Origin: Candidatus Saccharimonadales bacterium
GTDB lineage: Bacteria > Verrucomicrobiota > Verrucomicrobiia > Limisphaerales > Palsa-1400
Length of the DNA stretch: 50,241 nt
Direction: 5' to 3'
Assembly (NCBI GenBank): GCA_035648615.1
Contig: DASRLE010000333.1
Location: forward strand, 1 to 50,241
The notes beneath the pieces are model-generated. The model was not told where the DNA came from. It did not search any database and saw only the letters and a list, made by a program, of their open reading frames with translations. Below, piece after piece: positions 1-9,825 of the stretch (within the stretch, counting starts at the first letter, position 1; each line of letters opens with the position of its first letter). The position numbers and the translations under genes are program-made.

Positions 1-52
1 AAACTGTATTGAAGTTAAAAATCCGGAACTCAATGGAACGAAAAAGATCAAG

Positions 53-2956
53 ATGAATATTAAGGTCTTCAGAGCGGAAGATGCGAAGCAAGCCCCCCTC
101 GCCATGGCTAGAGAAGGCAAGACTGTTTCCGAAGTGAAAGAGACTTCGGGCCGCCTATTTCGATTCAAATTATTATTGGTCATCGCGTTTGCGTTGCTGG
201 CTGGAACGCGCATGACCAGCGCGGCGGTGGACCGCTCCACCATTGACTTAAACGGCACTTGGCAGTTTCAGCTTGACCCTAAAGATGAAGGTGGGGCTGG
301 TTTGTGGTATGCAAAGGAGGCGCCGCTGACCGATTCCATCCGCGTCCCGGGCTGCTGGCAAGCCCAAGGCTTTGGTGAACCGCTTGGAATCTTGCGGAAT
401 TCTTATTGTGGACCTGCGTGGTATCGCCGCACCGTCGGCATTCCAAAGCAGTGGGAGGATAAAACAATTCTGTTGCATATCGGCGCGGCGTTTCGCCAAG
501 TTCAGCTTTTCGTAAATGGTGTGCATGTGGGGGATCATGACGGTTTTTGCACGGGGTTTCAGTTCGATATAACGGATCAGGTTAAACCGGGCGCACCGAA
601 TCTGATCGCTTTCAGAATCAACAATCCCGGCCAGGTAATCACCAACGGTCCAGGCGAACAAGTACCGTGTGCCCCTACGGGTTCGATCAATTATCTGGGA
701 AATTGGGGAGGGATATTCGGAAACGTCAGTTTGGAAGCCACAGAAACAATTGCGATCGCAAAAACGCGCATAACACCCGACTTGGAGCATGAGAGAGTGA
801 TTTTCAAGATTATGGTGCAAAATCGGCGGCCGGAGCCTACGCGAGTGAGGTTGGCGATCAAAATCAATAATCAAAAGAGCGGCGGCGAGTATCAAACAAG
901 CGGCGAACTCTCCGTTGAGGGTTCAGGGACAAACGTGCTTGAGTTGACCATCGAAATGCCTGACGCAAAGCGCTGGACACCAGACGAGCCTTTTCTCTAT
1001 ACCGCCGGGATCACGCTGGAAAGCCATGGGCGTGAAATTGACAAAGTGGAAGAGCGCTTCGGGATGCGTGAGATCACCACGCGCGCTGATGTTCTGCTTC
1101 TGAATGGAAAGCCACTTTATTTGCGGGCTTATGGCGACGATAGTGTGTGGGTGCGCAGCGGCGTCCCGCCAGCCTCACGGGAGGATTTCCTCAAGCAATT
1201 GCGGCTGACAAAAAGTTATGGGTTCAATTGTATTCGTTTTCACTCTTCGGTTCCTGTGCGCGAAGTTTTTGAAGCGGCGGACGAAGTGGGTATGCTGATT
1301 ATGGCGGAACTGCCGGCGGCGTACTCGCGCTATTTCCTGCCTTTTACAAACTTTTATAAAGCCGAACTGACGCGCGTTTTGGATGTTTATCACAATCATC
1401 CCTCGTTTCTTTCGCTTGCGTTTGGAGACGAATTGTGGCCGGTGGGAAACGAGCAGGAAAAAAAAGCGTATAGGGAAGCGATTGCGGAATTTTACTATTA
1501 CGCGAAAAAATTGGATTCCAAGACGTTGATTCTGTCGAATGATGGGAACAGGTTGCCGCCATCGGATATGGAGAGCGCGCGGGAACACGTTTTGATGAAT
1601 GAAGGCTCGTTGAACATTCCATTCATCCTCCACGAGTTCGGAGGGTATTATTGTTCGCTTCCCGATGTTTCACTCTGGAGTAAGTTTGACGGTGTGCTGA
1701 TTCCAACCTGGCTTACCGCGAAGGAGCAATGGCTGAGAACGAATGGCCTGACAAAGGCATATGAAACATATCTGGAAAATTCGCAACGGCTCTTGAATGT
1801 GGGGCGCAAATATCAGATTGAGGCGGCTCGCCGCAATCCCGGTGTCAGCGGCTATGAGTACTGGCTGATCACAGACTTTCCGGGCGGGGCGGGTGAGGGC
1901 GATTCCTGGGAGGAAGGGTGGTTTGATTACTTTTGGCAACCGAAGCGCGTCAATCCTCAAGAGGGACGGATGCTAAACAGTCCTGTTTTGATGATGATCG
2001 ATCCCGGCGTTACGGAGGCCACCTTGTGGAATGACTCGCCGAAAGACTTCAAAGTTTGGGTGTCCAACTTTGGTCAGGAAGAAATTCGCGATGGCTGCCT
2101 CCGCTGGACACTGAAATCCGGTTCCAAAACAATTGCAGAATCTCAGTGTAATTCCATCCACATCGGTTTAGGCAAAGTTGCGCAGGCAACTCATTTTGAA
2201 ATTCCGGCAGTCAACGGAAAGACCGCTCAGAAGCTCGACCTCATTTTGGAGTTGAAGGCGGACAGGAACACGTTTGTGAATCGCTGGAACCTCTGGTCAT
2301 TTCCGCGGCTGTCCCAGGACGAACTTCCTACAAAGCAGGTTGCCACCGATATGCAGGATGATTGGATTTCCAGAGGCTATTCGAATGTTCAAAAGGGTCC
2401 ACGAAAAAGCGGGAAGCTATGGTTGACCTCCCAAATCGACACCAGCACGATTCAATTTGCGCAAAATGGCGGAAGTGTCTTCTTTCTCGCCCGAACGAAC
2501 GGCACAGACGGGAAAGCGAATGCGCAGTTTTTCCCCAGCTCAGGTGGTGCCTTGGGAACTCTTATCTCAAGCCACCCTGCTTTGCGGGACTTTCCACACG
2601 ATGGATTTTGCGACCTCCAATTCTATCATTTGATCACTGGCAGCCGCTTTTACACTCTGGACGAGGCGCCGGAGGAATTAACGCCCATCGTCGAGGGGAT
2701 CAGAACCTCGGCGTCGTGGTTGAGCAAGAAAAAAGATTTGTCAAGGTTCGCCTATGTCTTCGAAGTCCGCATCGGCAAAGGAAAGATGCTTGTGTGCAGT
2801 TTGCGGCTGGCGGATGGCATCGCCGAGGGTCGGCCGGAAGCCATTTTCCTCTTCGACAGGTTGCTTCGTTACGCTGCAGGGAACGAATTTAAACCAAAGG
2901 TTCAAGCCAGCCAATCGCTCCTGGCGCGTCTGCTGCCCCCTCACGGCGCAAGGTAA
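53..2956 (+). CDS. Glycoside hydrolase family 2-like enzyme, probably exported
   Basis: 967-aa ORF. It has a hydrophobic signal-like segment (FKLLLVIAFALLAG). GH2-style sugar-binding-domain motifs are present (WYRR, NGVHVGDHDGFCTGFQFDITD), followed by RFGMREI...LLNGKPLYLRAYGDD and a TIM-barrel segment GFNCIRFHSS with an acid/base-like VGNEQE. The true start may be an internal Met (e.g. nt 104). Confidence 0.7.
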   Translation: MNIKVFRAEDAKQAPLAMAREGKTVSEVKETSGRLFRFKLLLVIAFALLAGTRMTSAAVDRSTIDLNGTWQFQLDPKDEGGAGLWYAKEAPLTDSIRVPGCWQAQGFGEPLGILRNSYCGPAWYRRTVGIPKQWEDKTILLHIGAAFRQVQLFVNGVHVGDHDGFCTGFQFDITDQVKPGAPNLIAFRINNPGQVITNGPGEQVPCAPTGSINYLGNWGGIFGNVSLEATETIAIAKTRITPDLEHERVIFKIMVQNRRPEPTRVRLAIKINNQKSGGEYQTSGELSVEGSGTNVLELTIEMPDAKRWTPDEPFLYTAGITLESHGREIDKVEERFGMREITTRADVLLLNGKPLYLRAYGDDSVWVRSGVPPASREDFLKQLRLTKSYGFNCIRFHSSVPVREVFEAADEVGMLIMAELPAAYSRYFLPFTNFYKAELTRVLDVYHNHPSFLSLAFGDELWPVGNEQEKKAYREAIAEFYYYAKKLDSKTLILSNDGNRLPPSDMESAREHVLMNEGSLNIPFILHEFGGYYCSLPDVSLWSKFDGVLIPTWLTAKEQWLRTNGLTKAYETYLENSQRLLNVGRKYQIEAARRNPGVSGYEYWLITDFPGGAGEGDSWEEGWFDYFWQPKRVNPQEGRMLNSPVLMMIDPGVTEATLWNDSPKDFKVWVSNFGQEEIRDGCLRWTLKSGSKTIAESQCNSIHIGLGKVAQATHFEIPAVNGKTAQKLDLILELKADRNTFVNRWNLWSFPRLSQDELPTKQVATDMQDDWISRGYSNVQKGPRKSGKLWLTSQIDTSTIQFAQNGGSVFFLARTNGTDGKANAQFFPSSGGALGTLISSHPALRDFPHDGFCDLQFYHLITGSRFYTLDEAPEELTPIVEGIRTSASWLSKKKDLSRFAYVFEVRIGKGKMLVCSLRLADGIAEGRPEAIFLFDRLLRYAAGNEFKPKVQASQSLLARLLPPHGAR

Positions 2957-2999
2957 TTTTGGGAGGTTCCCTGGGGTCGTTCCCTCCTCGAAGGGCGCG

Positions 3000-3632
3000 T
3001 TATGAGATTGCTTCCTGCTCGCCACGACTGAAATGCTCTTTTAGGTGTCGAATGCCGGCTTCTTTGTCTCTTTCTTTCAGTGCTTCAAGAACCATCCGGT
3101 GCTCTTTTTCGGTTTGGACGAAGTCTTCGAGGTGCGTTCGCATTTGAGAAGCCCTGCGTTGAAAGAGAGGAATATGAGAGCGCTGGTAGAGCTGCGCCAG
3201 ACGCGCATTGCCCGAGGCCGCAATCAAAAGATGATGAAAGCGAAGGTCTGCCTCATGGGCTCCGGTAAAATAGCCCTTTTTGACAAAATTTGCAAAATCA
3301 TCGCATGTCTCCTCGATATCCTTGATCTGCTTTCCGGCGGCTCGGTCACACGCAAGGGAATACGCGGCGGTTTCGAGAATTTCCCTGACTTCCCTCAGTT
3401 CGTGGATTTCCCGCTGGGTCATTTCGCTGACAAAATAGCCGCCTCGTTCTCCTTGATGAACCAATCCCTCGCCCAACAACCGCGTGAGGCTTTCCCGAAT
3501 GGCGGCACGGTTAACCGCAAGCTTCTTTGACCAAAATTGCTCGATGATTCGATCATTTGGCGGAATCTCCAACACCAGAATTCGATGGCTCAGCTCCTTG
3601 TAGGCCAATTCAGCCTGTGTTCGTTCTTCCAT
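3000..3632 (-). CDS. GntR-family transcriptional regulator, FadR subfamily (winged HTH plus FCD-like C-terminal domain)
   Basis: The N-terminus YKELSHRILVLEIPPNDRIIEQFWSKKLAVNRAAIRESLTRLLGEGLVHQGERGGYFV is a typical GntR wHTH, and the helical C-terminal half is FCD-like. The ORF stays open to 3809, but that extension overlaps the upstream gene (stop at 3746). I therefore chose Met60 (ATG at 3632), giving about 210 aa. Confidence 0.8.
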   Translation of the reverse strand: MEERTQAELAYKELSHRILVLEIPPNDRIIEQFWSKKLAVNRAAIRESLTRLLGEGLVHQGERGGYFVSEMTQREIHELREVREILETAAYSLACDRAAGKQIKDIEETCDDFANFVKKGYFTGAHEADLRFHHLLIAASGNARLAQLYQRSHIPLFQRRASQMRTHLEDFVQTEKEHRMVLEALKERDKEAGIRHLKEHFSRGEQEAIS

Positions 3633-3745
3633 AGATCGCAAAGTGTATAAATTTTCCGCACGGTTCGTCAACAAAACCTGATGGGAAATGTCGTCAATCA
3701 ACCCAATGGCGGCGCTTCGGGCAAGCCAAGCAAACGAGTGAAAGG

Positions 3746-4939
3746 TCACTCCAAATTTAATCCGCGAAGATAGTCGCCGAGGTCCGTGTGGATTTCCGGT
3801 CTGTCCCACATGAATTTTTGCGGGAATTGTCCGGTCAAAATATACGGCGCAGGTTCGGCGGGGACCCTCCTCTTCATTTCTTCCCGCGACGCTCCCGAAT
3901 TGCCAATTCTGTATCCATACATGTCGAGGTGACGCACCCCCATCTTCAATGCTTGTTCACAGACCTTCTGGATTTGACTTGCCGATGGATAGACAGCAGG
4001 ACCTGGCTTATGTTCCTCCGAAATGTTTGCCGACCAGAATGTGTAAACAATTTGTTTCCGCGAGCCAACGATCCGGCGAACGTTTTCAATCGCATTCGAG
4101 GTCAGGTCCAGCACCTTTTCCTCGGAATCCAGATTGGAAGTCCACGCCGGTGTGGTGTAGCCTCCAACCGCGTCGAAATGCCGCGCGACCCTGGCGAAAT
4201 CCAGGCCGATGTCTGCCTGCTCTTTTTGATTGGTGATTCGGCCAATGGTATCTTCAAGATATATTTCATGTTGCGGATTGGCATCGATCGAACGGATATA
4301 ATCGACCGTATCTTTAGCCCAATCCTCCCACCAACCCTGGCGCGCTTTTGTCCACTCATTCCATCTTGGGTCCTTTGGTGTTCGGGGCAGGGGGCCGCCA
4401 AACACCTTTTCCTCATAGGCGCCATACGAGACAGTGCCCGAAGCAAAGGAATCGTCGAACACGTAACCAGACATGGCGGGATCATCGCCATAATTTTTCG
4501 CCACGTCCTGCAGATAACTTTTCCATTGGGTTTCCCGCCAGTGCGGATTGAAGACGTCGAAGGTTGCGAGTTGCCTGCCCGTCGCGTCCACCTGCATAAA
4601 CTCTGGATGACGGGTCAGTGAATTGGCGAACGGCTGCCAAACGATGAGATAAACTCCAATGCCCGCTTGATGAGCCCACTGCATCGCTTGTTTTGTTTCT
4701 GTCGGGCGGGTGACGATCCCGGAAAGATCCAAGCCCCAACAGAGAAGGACATCGGTAAACCCAAGGTTTTTCATGGTGGTGAAGTCGCCCCGCCAATCCG
4801 CCTTCGGCGCCGAATTCAGCCAATACCAGGCGCTCACCCGGACTTGCGATTTTGATTCGCCGGCCCGGGCCATGGCAGCGGCACAAAAGATCGCCGCCGC
4901 ACAATTAACCAGCCAGCGCTTCACCTTGTTCGTCTTCAT
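3746..4939 (-). CDS. Exported glycoside-hydrolase-like TIM-barrel protein (family unassigned)
   Basis: Signal peptide MKTNKVKRWLVNCAAAIFCAAAMARA, preceded by GGAGG. The alternating beta/alpha pattern (GFTDVLLCWGL, GIGVYLIVWQP, GYVFDDSFA) looks like a GH42/GH35-type barrel. The gene lies in an operon with the lipoprotein (GTGA overlap at 4951-4954 if the GTG start is used). Confidence 0.5.
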   Translation of the reverse strand: MKTNKVKRWLVNCAAAIFCAAAMARAGESKSQVRVSAWYWLNSAPKADWRGDFTTMKNLGFTDVLLCWGLDLSGIVTRPTETKQAMQWAHQAGIGVYLIVWQPFANSLTRHPEFMQVDATGRQLATFDVFNPHWRETQWKSYLQDVAKNYGDDPAMSGYVFDDSFASGTVSYGAYEEKVFGGPLPRTPKDPRWNEWTKARQGWWEDWAKDTVDYIRSIDANPQHEIYLEDTIGRITNQKEQADIGLDFARVARHFDAVGGYTTPAWTSNLDSEEKVLDLTSNAIENVRRIVGSRKQIVYTFWSANISEEHKPGPAVYPSASQIQKVCEQALKMGVRHLDMYGYRIGNSGASREEMKRRVPAEPAPYILTGQFPQKFMWDRPEIHTDLGDYLRGLNLE

Positions 4940-4950
4940 AACCTCCAATA

Positions 4951-5409
4951 TCACTTGAGCCGGCCCCTGGCTTGATACCAGTGGGAATCAATTTTTCGGC
5001 CTGGCATCAGCATGAGAGGTCCCACCGCGATCGTTTTGGAATCGGATGAAAGCGGCCCCTTCGTGTAAAGAAGAAAGTCTGCCGTGGCTGATTTGCCTGC
5101 GGTAACGTTGAAAGCGACCAACTTGCCACCGTCGTTGGCGAGATAAACTTGACCGTCTGAACTTGCTTGATCCAAATCCGCCGGGAGTGAAGCTATGCCA
5201 GATTTGTCCGGCGTGATTTGCCCGTTTTGCACACCCTCAATCACTTGCGCCCGCAAGGCCGAATAATCTATCAATAACGGTTTCGAGGCATTCTTATTGC
5301 CTTTCCCGCATCCTGCCGATAGAACGCCGATCAAAAGGCAAATTGTGGAAAACTTCAAAAACGGTGAGGTCACGATATTGGACAAAGCAAATCTTGCATC
5401 TCCGATCAT
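4951..5409 (-). CDS. Hypothetical lipoprotein
   Basis: 152-aa ORF with a lipobox-like LSAGC after a hydrophobic stretch ([15 protein letters not shown]). An ATGA stop-start overlap with the upstream prepilin-like gene (5406-5409) suggests translational coupling. Confidence 0.5.
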   Translation of the reverse strand: MIGDARFALSNIVTSPFLKFSTICLLIGVLSAGCGKGNKNASKPLLIDYSALRAQVIEGVQNGQITPDKSGIASLPADLDQASSDGQVYLANDGGKLVAFNVTAGKSATADFLLYTKGPLSSDSKTIAVGPLMLMPGRKIDSHWYQARGRLK

Positions 5410-6227
5410 TGGTTATAAATAAATGACCAAGTCGGGCCATCGGTAAAGCTCGGCTTGTTGATTGTTGCCTGCAAGTATTGAATGTGCTGGTCCACAAAAA
5501 GCATATTGCCGAATCCGAGCGTATTAAGATTATGCCAGTACATATATTCAAAAGGACGGTTGTTTCCATACCAGCAGTTGCAAGCCATGTCGCTTGCCAA
5601 AGCGATCTTCGAGGGGTGGGCAATATCGCTTTCCTTTTTGTCGTATAACCCGAGATCAAGAAACACGCCGTTCCCTGCGGAATTATACAAATAACTCCAT
5701 CCGGTGTGATCGAAGACCGTCGGCAGTCGATCGATATAGGCGCCAGCGCGCGCTCCTGTATCCGCTGGGCATTTAAAAACCAGTATCCCTCCTGTTTCAT
5801 TCGTAACTACCTTAACTGAAAGTGCAAGGTAGGCATTAATCAGCCGGTTTGAAGAATCCATAATGGGATCTCCAGTAAGATCCACGCCTCGTTTTCCTCC
5901 CCACAAATCTTGACTATAATTCTGCCCGTCCCCGCCATAATCCACACTCGGAAAGTGATTATTGTAATCGCTCATGTAAAGTGTGCAGGCGAGACCCTGC
6001 TCTTTGAGGTTACTCATACATTGGGCCTTCCACGCCTGGCCCTTGGCTTTGGCCAATGATGGCAATAATAGTGCTGCCAAAATGGCAATGATGGCAATTA
6101 CCACCAACAATTCAATCAAAGTAAAGCCCCGAAACACGACGGTTTCTGTGAGCGTCCGGCCAAAAAAAGCAGACGAAGCCGCTCTCTTTCGCCTTTGACG
6201 GACCAGGTTTCTGTTACAAGAGATCAT
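5406..6227 (-). CDS. Prepilin-type N-terminal cleavage/methylation domain protein (pseudopilin-like, PVC-type)
   Basis: Canonical motif [29 protein letters not shown]. The C-terminal [13 protein letters not shown] resembles the H-X9-DG tail family, but with DQ instead of DG and longer spacing. The start is uncertain: the ORF is open to 6272, there is an ATG at 6227, and a GTG at 6137 would give a short MFRG|F leader. Confidence 0.8.
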   Translation of the reverse strand: MISCNRNLVRQRRKRAASSAFFGRTLTETVVFRGFTLIELLVVIAIIAILAALLLPSLAKAKGQAWKAQCMSNLKEQGLACTLYMSDYNNHFPSVDYGGDGQNYSQDLWGGKRGVDLTGDPIMDSSNRLINAYLALSVKVVTNETGGILVFKCPADTGARAGAYIDRLPTVFDHTGWSYLYNSAGNGVFLDLGLYDKKESDIAHPSKIALASDMACNCWYGNNRPFEYMYWHNLNTLGFGNMLFVDQHIQYLQATINKPSFTDGPTWSFIYNQ

Positions 6228-6330
6228 ATAATCCAATCTTGCTGTCGCACCGCGCAATCCACCGCCGTGCATCTCACCGACCCCCGCTGAGTTCGTTAAA
6301 GCTGCTTCGCGCGGTTGGCTCGCGCTGACT

Positions 6331-6386
6331 TCTCACGGACGACCTTACTTGTGTGCGCTCATTAGGTCGCATTGTTTGCCGTGAGA
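6331..6386 (-). other. Intercistronic nested stem-loop between the LamG gene and the prepilin-like gene
   Basis: TCTCACGG (6331-6338) pairs perfectly with CCGTGAGA (6379-6386). The inner CGACCT (6340-6345) pairs with AGGTCG (6364-6369). There is no U-run, so this is not a classic intrinsic terminator. Confidence 0.3.
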
Positions 6387-6405
6387 CATCTTTATTACGA
6401 ACAGA

Positions 6406-8826
6406 CTATTGACTTTTCGCCCGATAAAAATGTCCGCCGCTCCCGCTGATTACTGGATCGCTGAATGTAAACGGCACGGTATTCGTTTGAATTGATGTCC
6501 AGTTGATCAAGTCAGAAGAGCGCTGGATAATAAATGTTTGACCGGATGGGCCGGTCAAAGTCGCATGGAAATTGCCTGCGGCTATTCCTATGGCGCTAAA
6601 CGTCGCGGAAGCTCCAAAGACGAAGGCCGGAGCGCTCAAGAGCGAGGCTGGAGCTGGAACAATGCGGCCGTCGTTGTGGCGCGCTGAGTCCAATGTGTTG
6701 CCGTCAAGCTTATACCAGCTCACCAGCCCATTGGTGGCGCCGAACCCTGTTTTATTGGTGTAACTGTCCATGACATCGGTTGCGGTCAATGCGTGGTCAA
6801 AATATTTGACCTCATCCTCATCGCCAGAGAAGTGATATTGGCTTGGAGGAGAAAGGACGTCTCCAATCAACACATCTCCGTTAAGAAAGTATTGTTGGTA
6901 GTCAACCGTGCCGCCGAAACTGTCCACGGACTTGTTCAGCGCACCATCGACATACAAATTTACGAATTCTCCATCCCACGTTCCGGTTAATTGATGCCAT
7001 CCCCCGTCCCACACATTCGTGCCTGCGTCAACCGGCACGAAGCCATAAGCTTGGGAACCTGCCGTAGGAGGGGATAGGACTACAAACCAGATCATTCCAC
7101 CGCTTCCTCCAGTATAAAACCCATAGCTGGAGGAATAAAAGGCCGGATCACGACTTTTTGAGAACATATATTGATACAACCCGGGCGCTTTCGCACGAGC
7201 ATAAAGTTGAACGGTGAAGTTTTGCGTTTCATAAGCCGGGTTGTTGGGAACCTCGACCAAGGCCCCGGCGCCGACTTGGAGCGCCTGGCCGGAAACCCCG
7301 GCAGTATATTTTGCCAATCCACCGGTGATTAGGACGTTATACTGCCCTGCCTGGGCAGGTTGCGCATTGGAAATGACAAGAACGCTATTGGTTGCACCGG
7401 CAATATTCGTACCGTTAAAGCTCCACTGATAACCAAGAGGGGCAGGCCCTTGCGCTGAAACGGAGAGGTTGATAGTTCCGCCCTGGACAAGGTTCTGATT
7501 CTGCGGCTGATTAATAATGAGCACTTCTTTGAAGGAATTCTGGTCAACCTGCGCGGCGGAGAGGGTGGTATTGTAGATTTTAATTTCATCAATTGAACCG
7601 GTAAAATTCGCGGCGCTGAGTGCGTCGGTAAAATCTCCGAACAGTAGCTCCCCTGAGCTTTGGCTCGTTCCATACTGAATTTGGCCGACACCGGTCGTGC
7701 CTGTGCCGACTTCAATTCCATCCACATAAAGGTGGACTTTTTGCCCATCGTAAGTTCCGTCCACCAAGTGGTAGTTGCCATCCCAAATTGAGGTGCCGGG
7801 ATCGGGCGACGCGACTTTCCCGAGACCATTCAAAGTAACGTAGAACTGCAGGCCGCCTCCGGCTCCGGTATAAATGGCATAGGAAGAGGAAGCGCTGTTG
7901 TATGATTTACTGATGATGTATTTGTTGGTTCCGGGCGCTGTGCCGTTAACCTGGGGTTCAACCGTAATGTTCGTCGGTCGTAAACTTGCGGAATCGGGGA
8001 TCTTTACTGCTCCGCCAATCGTGTTAAAGGCGGTGCCATAAAGAGACCTAGAGGGACCGTAGGAAGCGCCGCCCAGCAGGGTCCCGTTGTTGCTTCCGGC
8101 TGAATCATTGGCATTGGTGTTTGCATTCCACCAACTCACGAGGTTGGAGCCTGCATAAGAGGTTAATATCTCCGCCGGTGAAAGAGCGCGATTGTAAAGC
8201 TGGACCTCATCCATCAGTCCGACGAAGGGTAATCCGCCCGCCGTTTGGTAATCGCCAAAAATCAGCGGGTTGGGACTTGAATAATCGATGCCGTTGGCCC
8301 CGGACGCGGAGGTTGTACCCGTGCCAAATTCAACCCCGTCAAGATATATATGGCTGGCCGTACCGTCCCACACACCTGTCGCCAGATGCCAGGCGCCATC
8401 CCAAACCAATGAAGCCGGCACAGAGGGAGAGAGGATAGTCCCGCCGCCGCCGGCGAGATTTACAAAAAAGATCAATCCTGACCCGCTGCCGGTGTAGAGG
8501 GCGTAGGAGATCCCGCCTGCGCCCCGTGATTTTGCAATCATGTAACGATAGGTATTGGGCGCCACAGACTTAATCCAGACCTGGAGAGTAAGATTTGTGG
8601 GCTCTAAAACTGGCGAATCTGGTATGACAGCAATTCCGCCTTGAGGAAAAAACGCCTGTCCAACTTTTCCGGGACCAAAGGAAAAGACTTTAGGCGTGGA
8701 TACCGTTCCGTTATTGGTCCCTGTAGAGTCCAAGGCATTGCCTTCGGCTTGATACCAGCTTATCAATCCACTCAGACCAGCCGGACTGGAAAGATTAGTG
8801 TAAGTAGTCAGGGCATCCGCGGCGCT
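6406..8826 (-). CDS. LamG-repeat surface protein, C-terminal approx 806 aa (continuation of 8825-9496 after a 1-nt frameshift)
   Basis: It contains repeated concanavalin/LamG-type modules. Each opens with L[VI]SW[YW]xxxGNxxDSxGxNNG and closes with [ILM]DE[VI]x[ILY][FY]xxAL[ST]. There is an Ig-like module (LGYQWSFNGTNIAGATNSVLVISNAQPAQAGQYNV) and a C-terminal ...FYRAKSQ module. The ORF's own N-terminal 62 aa (to 9012) are frame-overlap read-through with no signal peptide. Confidence 0.75.
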   Translation of the reverse strand, partial: SAADALTTYTNLSSPAGLSGLISWYQAEGNALDSTGTNNGTVSTPKVFSFGPGKVGQAFFPQGGIAVIPDSPVLEPTNLTLQVWIKSVAPNTYRYMIAKSRGAGGISYALYTGSGSGLIFFVNLAGGGGTILSPSVPASLVWDGAWHLATGVWDGTASHIYLDGVEFGTGTTSASGANGIDYSSPNPLIFGDYQTAGGLPFVGLMDEVQLYNRALSPAEILTSYAGSNLVSWWNANTNANDSAGSNNGTLLGGASYGPSRSLYGTAFNTIGGAVKIPDSASLRPTNITVEPQVNGTAPGTNKYIISKSYNSASSSYAIYTGAGGGLQFYVTLNGLGKVASPDPGTSIWDGNYHLVDGTYDGQKVHLYVDGIEVGTGTTGVGQIQYGTSQSSGELLFGDFTDALSAANFTGSIDEIKIYNTTLSAAQVDQNSFKEVLIINQPQNQNLVQGGTINLSVSAQGPAPLGYQWSFNGTNIAGATNSVLVISNAQPAQAGQYNVLITGGLAKYTAGVSGQALQVGAGALVEVPNNPAYETQNFTVQLYARAKAPGLYQYMFSKSRDPAFYSSSYGFYTGGSGGMIWFVVLSPPTAGSQAYGFVPVDAGTNVWDGGWHQLTGTWDGEFVNLYVDGALNKSVDSFGGTVDYQQYFLNGDVLIGDVLSPPSQYHFSGDEDEVKYFDHALTATDVMDSYTNKTGFGATNGLVSWYKLDGNTLDSARHNDGRIVPAPASLLSAPAFVFGASATFSAIGIAAGNFHATLTGPSGQTFIIQRSSDLINWTSIQTNTVPFTFSDPVISGSGGHFYRAKSQ

Positions 8827-9496
8827 AAAGGGCGCGTCCAAAGATTTTGACTTCGTCGAGTCCGCCCAAATAGGGCAACCCCCGCGCCACCTGATAGTCC
8901 CCAAAGATAAGCGGCTGGGGACTGCTATAGTCGATGGGATTGGTGTTTGTTGTCGCCAAGCCCGATCCCACTTCGGCCCCGTCCACGTACAGGTGCGACG
9001 TAACTCCGTCAAACGTGCCGGTCAATTGGTGCCAGTTGTTGTCCCAAATAGTCGTAGGGGCCGAGGGGGATGGAGCAAACGTGTCCCCTGCGGTTCCATT
9101 CAAGAGGTTGACAAAGAAAATTGCTCCGCCGGTCGATCCTGTATAGAAGGCGTAAGAGACGCCGCCCGCCCCTCTGGCTTTGCAGATTATGTAGCGGTAA
9201 GCGCCTGGCGACGCCGCCTTGACCCAGGCTTGCACAGTGATATTAGTAGGTTCCAAACTGGTCGAATCCGGGATGGTGGCAATGCCACCGGAAATATTAA
9301 AAGCCTGTCCGACCTCGCCAGCGGTGTAGGAAACTTGTTGAGCCTGTAAGGTTCCATTTTGACCACTCACAGAATCAACAACGTTACTCTCCCCGTGCCA
9401 CAAGCTGACCAGACCGGACAAGCTTTGCGCGTTTAGGCGCACGACTGATGCTGCCAGGGTAGTTAAGAGAACTCCTAACAAGGTGATTTTTTTCAT
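8825..9496 (-). CDS. LamG-repeat surface protein, N-terminal 222 aa with signal peptide (first LamG module)
   Basis: Signal peptide MKKITLLGVLLTTLAASVVRLNAQS, then LVSLWHGESNVVDSVSGQNGT...LDEVKIFGRAL. The ORF stops exactly where the other modules continue with S-x-A/P-[ED]. See the frameshift finding. Confidence 0.75.
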   Translation of the reverse strand: MKKITLLGVLLTTLAASVVRLNAQSLSGLVSLWHGESNVVDSVSGQNGTLQAQQVSYTAGEVGQAFNISGGIATIPDSTSLEPTNITVQAWVKAASPGAYRYIICKARGAGGVSYAFYTGSTGGAIFFVNLLNGTAGDTFAPSPSAPTTIWDNNWHQLTGTFDGVTSHLYVDGAEVGSGLATTNTNPIDYSSPQPLIFGDYQVARGLPYLGGLDEVKIFGRAL

Positions 9497-9825
9497 AAGC
9501 GTATCATTGTGTTTTTACGACCGAATGCTGCTCATATATACGATTGTCGGAAATATAAAGTTGTCTGCCAGAAACCCGCTTTCCCCACCCGGTTGGGGCG
9601 AAGAATATAATTTTATCACGTTTTCAGTCAACAGACAGCATCTATTTTTGTTAAAAATAAGAAATTTGATTGATTAGTCAATGAAAATCTCTCCGAAAGT
9701 TGCATTTTCTTATTTTCCGGCCACCGCGAAGACGATTAGAAATTGAACGTTTGTCATAAATCCGTAAAGGCTCGCTGTAAATTGTTTACCAAAACAGCCA
9801 TATTAAGTTGACATAACAGGAGAAA

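Noticed and set aside
2957-2999. Bidirectional terminator between the convergent GH2 and GntR genes
   Set aside because: Only a 5-bp GGAGG/CCTCC stem can be drawn and there is no U/A tract, which is not convincing.
3633-3809. N-terminal extensions offered by the ORF track (GntR to 3809, HisD-like to 15124, DMFase-like from 14840, GH-like from 11559, enolase from 23718, DMT from 26467)
   Set aside because: The extensions overlap neighbouring genes or divergent promoters. They add non-homologous residues ahead of the point where family similarity or a signal peptide begins, so I preferred the internal start codons.
9669-9682. ATTGAttagTCAAT palindrome in the 330-bp AT-rich divergent region as a definite GntR operator
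   Set aside because: The arms are only 5 bp, in AT-rich DNA where such palindromes arise by chance. I mention it only as supporting context for the stronger palindrome at 14953-14968.
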